Shown: piece by piece, positions 60,268 to 64,000 of the stretch | How the letters are laid out: every line of letters begins with the position of its first letter | How positions within the stretch are numbered: position 1 is the first letter of the stretch | Source of the DNA: Pelagibacteraceae bacterium AG-410-N23 | GTDB taxonomy: Bacteria; Pseudomonadota; Alphaproteobacteria; Pelagibacterales; Pelagibacteraceae | DNA length: 64,000 nt | Direction: 5' to 3' | Assembly (NCBI GenBank): GCA_003215055.1 | Contig: QCKW01000004.1 | Coordinates: forward strand, 990 to 64,989 | Translations under genes and position numbers: made by a program | Notes under the pieces: model-generated | What the model saw: only the letters and a program-made list of their open reading frames with translations | The model's database searches: none | What the model was told of the DNA's origin: nothing

Positions 60268-60281
60268 AAAGAATCAAAAGT

Positions 60282-60358
60282 GGGGGTGTAGCTCAGTTGG
60301 TTAGAGCGATCGCCTGTCACGCGATAGGTCGAGGGTTCGAGTCCCTTCACTCCCGCCA
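60282..60358 (+). tRNA. tRNA-Asp(GTC)
   Basis: Cloverleaf, anticodon loop CTGTCAC, CCA end. Confidence 0.95.
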
Positions 60359-60464
60359 CTTATTTAATTTAAAGTTGATAATAGCTATCAATTGAGCTGT
60401 ATATTTTGAATAATGTGACCTAACACCACTTCATCTCGCTATAAAAAATGATATATATTCCACC

Positions 60465-60833
60465 ATGACTGCGGAATTTTTAAAAGATTATTTACCAATT
60501 ATATTATTTCTAATTATAGCATTAGGACTAAGTTGTGCATTTATAGTAATTAATTTTATCTTATCACCAAAAAATCCAGATCCAGAAAAATTATCAGCTT
60601 ATGAATGTGGATTTGAACCATTTCAAGATTCTCGAATGGAATTTGATGTGAGATTTTATTTGGTAGCAATTTTATTTATCATATTTGATCTTGAAATAGC
60701 ATTTCTTTTTCCATGGGCAGTCTCGCTTGGCTCTATAGGATTTTTAGGTTTTATTTCAATGATGATTTTTTTATTCATACTCACAATTGGTTTTATTTAT
60801 GAATGGAAAAAAGGTGCATTAGATTGGGAATAA
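60465..60833 (+). CDS. nuoA: NADH-quinone oxidoreductase subunit A
   Basis: [21 protein letters not shown]. Confidence 0.97.
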   Translation: MTAEFLKDYLPIILFLIIALGLSCAFIVINFILSPKNPDPEKLSAYECGFEPFQDSRMEFDVRFYLVAILFIIFDLEIAFLFPWAVSLGSIGFLGFISMMIFLFILTIGFIYEWKKGALDWE

Positions 60834-60845
60834 TTATTTTTTTTA

Positions 60846-61361
60846 ATGAACAATAAACTAGATCAAGTACCAGAAGAGTTTAAACAATTAGCTGAAGATT
60901 TTAGTAAAAATGGTTTTATAACTACTTCAATGGATAATTTAATAAATTGGTCAAGATCAGGATCTTTGCATTGGATGACTTTTGGTTTAGCTTGTTGTGC
61001 AGTTGAAATGATGCAAACTGCAATGCCCAGATATGATCTTGAAAGATTTGGTGCTGCTCCAAGAGGTTCACCACGACAATCTGATGTAATGATAGTTGCT
61101 GGCACATTAACAAACAAAATGGCTCCTGCTTTAAGAAAAGTTTATGATCAAATGCCTGAACCAAGATATGTTATATCTATGGGGAGTTGTGCAAATGGTG
61201 GAGGATATTATCATTATTCTTATTCTGTTGTTCGTGGTTGCGATCGAATAGTTCCTGTAGATATTTATGTACCTGGATGTCCACCTTCTGCAGAAGCCCT
61301 ACTTTATGGAATAATGCAATTACAAAAAAAAATTAGAAACAAAGGATCATTTAATAGATAA
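60846..61361 (+). CDS. nuoB: NADH-quinone oxidoreductase subunit B
   Basis: [22 protein letters not shown]. Confidence 0.97.
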   Translation: MNNKLDQVPEEFKQLAEDFSKNGFITTSMDNLINWSRSGSLHWMTFGLACCAVEMMQTAMPRYDLERFGAAPRGSPRQSDVMIVAGTLTNKMAPALRKVYDQMPEPRYVISMGSCANGGGYYHYSYSVVRGCDRIVPVDIYVPGCPPSAEALLYGIMQLQKKIRNKGSFNR

Positions 61362-61362
61362 A

Positions 61363-61968
61363 ATGAAAAATCTTATTGATTTAGAAAAAAAAATTAATTC
61401 AGAACTTGGAACGAAGATTAATAGTACATTAATTAAACATAATCAAATTTATGTTGAAATTGACAAAGAAGATTTAATAGAAGTAACTTTATTTATTAAA
61501 ACTAATAAAGATACAAAATTTAGACAACTAATTGATATTACAGTTGTTGATTATCCAGAAGATACTCAACGTTTTAAAGTTGTTTATTTATTTTTAAGTC
61601 ATGAATTCAACCAAAGAATAATCTTAAGTTATAGAATAAATGAAAATGAAGTTATTTCATCCTTAACATCAATTTTTCCATCAGCTAATTGGATGGAAAG
61701 AGAAGTTTTTGATATGTATGGTGTTAATTTTAAAGATCATCCAGATTTAAGAAGAATTCTCACAGATTATGGTTTTGAAGGTCATCCTTTAAGAAAAGAT
61801 TTTCCTTTAACAGGTCATACTGAGGTTAGATATAGCGAAGATCAAAAAAAAGTAATTAATGAACCAGTTAAATTAGAACAGAATTATAGAAATTTTGATT
61901 ATGAAAGCCCATGGGAAGGAACAAAATATATCAAAGAACAAACAGATAATAATGACAAAAAAAATTAA
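61363..61968 (+). CDS. nuoC: NADH-quinone oxidoreductase subunit C
   Basis: [32 protein letters not shown]. Confidence 0.97.
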   Translation: MKNLIDLEKKINSELGTKINSTLIKHNQIYVEIDKEDLIEVTLFIKTNKDTKFRQLIDITVVDYPEDTQRFKVVYLFLSHEFNQRIILSYRINENEVISSLTSIFPSANWMEREVFDMYGVNFKDHPDLRRILTDYGFEGHPLRKDFPLTGHTEVRYSEDQKKVINEPVKLEQNYRNFDYESPWEGTKYIKEQTDNNDKKN

Positions 61969-63127
61969 GAATTTAAATTTAAATTTTGGGCCACAACACC
62001 CAGCTGCACATGGTGTATTAAGACTTATCTTGGAGTTAGATGGTGAGGTAGTTGAAAAAGCAGATCCACATATTGGTTTGTTACATCGTGGAACAGAAAA
62101 ACTCATTGAAAATAAAACTTATATGCAAGCTGTTCCTTATTTTGACCGGCTTGATTATGTTGCACCAATGAATCAAGAACATGCTTTTGCATTAGCAATT
62201 GAAAAAATATTAAATATTGATGTTCCAATCAGAGCACAATTTATAAGAGTTATGTTTTGTGAGATTGGTAGAATTTTAAGTCATATTTTAAATGTCACAA
62301 CTCAAGCATTGGATGTTGGAGCTTTAACACCTTCTTTGTGGGGATTTGAAGAACGAGAAACATTAATGACCTTTTATGAAAGAGCATCAGGATCAAGATT
62401 ACATGCTAATTATTTTAGAGCAGGTGGAGTACATCAGGATCTACCAGCTGGTTTAGAGACAGATATTGCAAAATTTTGTGAAACTTTCCCAAAAATAATC
62501 AATGATTTAGAAAATTTATTAACTGATAATAGAATTTTTAAACAAAGAAATGTTGATATTGGTATTGTTTCAAAAGAAGATGCATTAGATTATTCTTTTA
62601 GTGGTGTAATGATTAGAGGTTCTGGAGTCCCATGGGATTTAAGAAAATCCCAACCTTACGATTGTTATGATCAATTAGAATTTAAAATTCCTGTAGGAAA
62701 AAATGGTGATTGCTATGACAGGTATTTATGCAGAATTGAAGAAATGAAAGAGAGTATTTCAATTATCAAACAGTGTTTAGTAAAAATGGAAAAAGGCCCT
62801 ATAAAAACTTTTGATGGAAAAATTTCTCCACCATCGAAAAAAGAAATAAAACAATCAATGGAAGCTTTAATCCATCATTTTAAATTATTTACAGAAGGAT
62901 ATCGTGTACCGAAAGATGAAATTTATACTGCTGTTGAGGCGCCAAAAGGGGAATTCGGTGTGTACCTAATTTCTGATGGATCAAGTAAACCCTATAAATG
63001 CAAAATTAGAGCACCAGGATTTTCTCATTTACAATCAATGGATTATTTAATTAAAGGCCATATGCTTGCTGATGTTCCTGCAGTTCTTGGTTCTCTTGAT
63101 ATAGTTTTTGGAGAGGTTGATAGATGA
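61952..63127 (+). CDS. nuoD: NADH-quinone oxidoreductase subunit D
   Basis: [32 protein letters not shown]; ATG 61952 preferred. Confidence 0.97.
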   Translation: MTKKIKNLNLNFGPQHPAAHGVLRLILELDGEVVEKADPHIGLLHRGTEKLIENKTYMQAVPYFDRLDYVAPMNQEHAFALAIEKILNIDVPIRAQFIRVMFCEIGRILSHILNVTTQALDVGALTPSLWGFEERETLMTFYERASGSRLHANYFRAGGVHQDLPAGLETDIAKFCETFPKIINDLENLLTDNRIFKQRNVDIGIVSKEDALDYSFSGVMIRGSGVPWDLRKSQPYDCYDQLEFKIPVGKNGDCYDRYLCRIEEMKESISIIKQCLVKMEKGPIKTFDGKISPPSKKEIKQSMEALIHHFKLFTEGYRVPKDEIYTAVEAPKGEFGVYLISDGSSKPYKCKIRAPGFSHLQSMDYLIKGHMLADVPAVLGSLDIVFGEVDR

Positions 63128-63732
63128 GTTTAAAAAGACCTGCAAAAAATCAACCAGAGGATTTTAAATTTAATTCTTCTTCATTAGAGGCAGCAAATAA
63201 AATTATTGCAAATTATCCTAAAGAAAAACAACAAAGTGCAGTAATGGCATTACTATATATTGCTCAAAGACAAAATAATAATTGGATACCATTAGCAGCA
63301 ATGAAATATATCGCAAAATTTTTAGATATGCCCTATATAAAAGTTTATGAGGTAGCTACTTTTTATTCTATGTATAATTTATCACCAGTAGGCAAATACT
63401 TTGTTCAAGTTTGTACCACAACACCATGCATGATAAGAGGTGCAAATAAATTAGTTGAAGCGTGTAAGGAAAAAATTTCTGAAAATGAAAATGAGTTATC
63501 AAATGATAAAAGTTGCTCATGGATGGAAGTAGAATGTTTAGGTGCTTGTGTAAATGCACCTATGATGCAAATTAATGATGACTATTATGAAGACTTAGAT
63601 AAAGAAAAAACTTTAGATATTCTAGACAAAATTTTAAATGGTGAAACACCAAAGCCCGGCTCTTATAGAGGAAGAGTAAATAATGAACCTGAAAATAATC
63701 GAAAAACACTTTTGGATGTAAAAAATGCTTAA
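63124..63732 (+). CDS. nuoE: NADH-quinone oxidoreductase subunit E
   Basis: EVATFY, VCTTTPC, VECLGAC. Confidence 0.97.
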   Translation: MSLKRPAKNQPEDFKFNSSSLEAANKIIANYPKEKQQSAVMALLYIAQRQNNNWIPLAAMKYIAKFLDMPYIKVYEVATFYSMYNLSPVGKYFVQVCTTTPCMIRGANKLVEACKEKISENENELSNDKSCSWMEVECLGACVNAPMMQINDDYYEDLDKEKTLDILDKILNGETPKPGSYRGRVNNEPENNRKTLLDVKNA

Positions 63733-64000
63733 AGATCAAGACAGAATATTTCAAAATTTATACAATGATTTAGGATCAGATGTTAGTTCATCCCAAAAAA
63801 GAGGTGATTGGGTTAATACAAAAGATCTTACTGATAAAGGTAGGGATTGGATTATTAATGAAATAAAAGATTCACAACTTAGAGGTAGAGGAGGAGCAGG
63901 TTTTCCTACTGGGTTAAAATGGTCTTTTGCACCTAAAGAAGTTGGATCTAGACCCCATTATTTAGTGATAAATGGAGATGAGTCAGAACCAGGGACATGT
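63725..64000 (+). CDS. nuoF: NADH-quinone oxidoreductase subunit F (5' part, truncated by window)
   Basis: [40 protein letters not shown]. Confidence 0.95.
   Translation, partial: MLKDQDRIFQNLYNDLGSDVSSSQKRGDWVNTKDLTDKGRDWIINEIKDSQLRGRGGAGFPTGLKWSFAPKEVGSRPHYLVINGDESEPGTC

Noticed and set aside
60189-60395. 68-aa ORF in the track
   Set aside because: It is a translation of tRNA-Val and tRNA-Asp.
61895-61951. N-terminal extension of NuoD in the ORF track
   Set aside because: Overlaps nuoC; ATG at 61952 gives the usual NuoD start.
1862-63754. Many 60-110 aa ORFs antisense to or nested in recognised genes (e.g. 1862-2065, 4434-4727, 47820-48146, 57249-57566)
   Set aside because: Shadow frames of well-conserved genes with no motifs of their own.
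1-64000. CRISPR array, IS element, rRNA or known anti-phage defence genes
   Set aside because: No regularly spaced repeats, transposases, rRNA-like segments or recognisable defence domains were seen.

Overview
AT-rich, very gene-dense alphaproteobacterial chromosome segment. Gene content, short spacers and many stop/start overlaps point to SAR11 (Candidatus Pelagibacter); this is an inference. In order: taurine ABC transporter tauABC (tauC frameshifted at a homopolymer), an omega-amino acid:pyruvate aminotransferase with ald, a GcvT-family dehydrogenase, a tandem-HTH protein facing two paralogous tail-anchored microproteins, a surface-glycan block (GT17, HpnJ-like radical SAM, GT2, two NAD-dependent epimerases, a GT17 3' relic, Gfo/Idh/MocA, tRNA-Met, rmlB), a polyamine/MTA salvage locus (apt, mtnP, inserted hydrolase, mtnA, class II aldolase, SpeD-SpeE fusion), a polar amino-acid ABC system, LPS glycosyltransferases, rpoZ, dusA, a probable sulfonate catabolic cluster (GMC oxidoreductase, TerC, SDR, TRAP, TauE), several microproteins, tRNA-Leu, tig-clpP-clpX-lon, tRNA-Val/Asp and nuoA-F. 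No integrase, transposase, prophage or CRISPR array was seen. Best novelty candidates: the radical SAM sugar-modification cassette with its insertion scar, the tandem-HTH/tail-anchored microprotein module, and a GC-rich sRNA-like element at about 40.0 kb.
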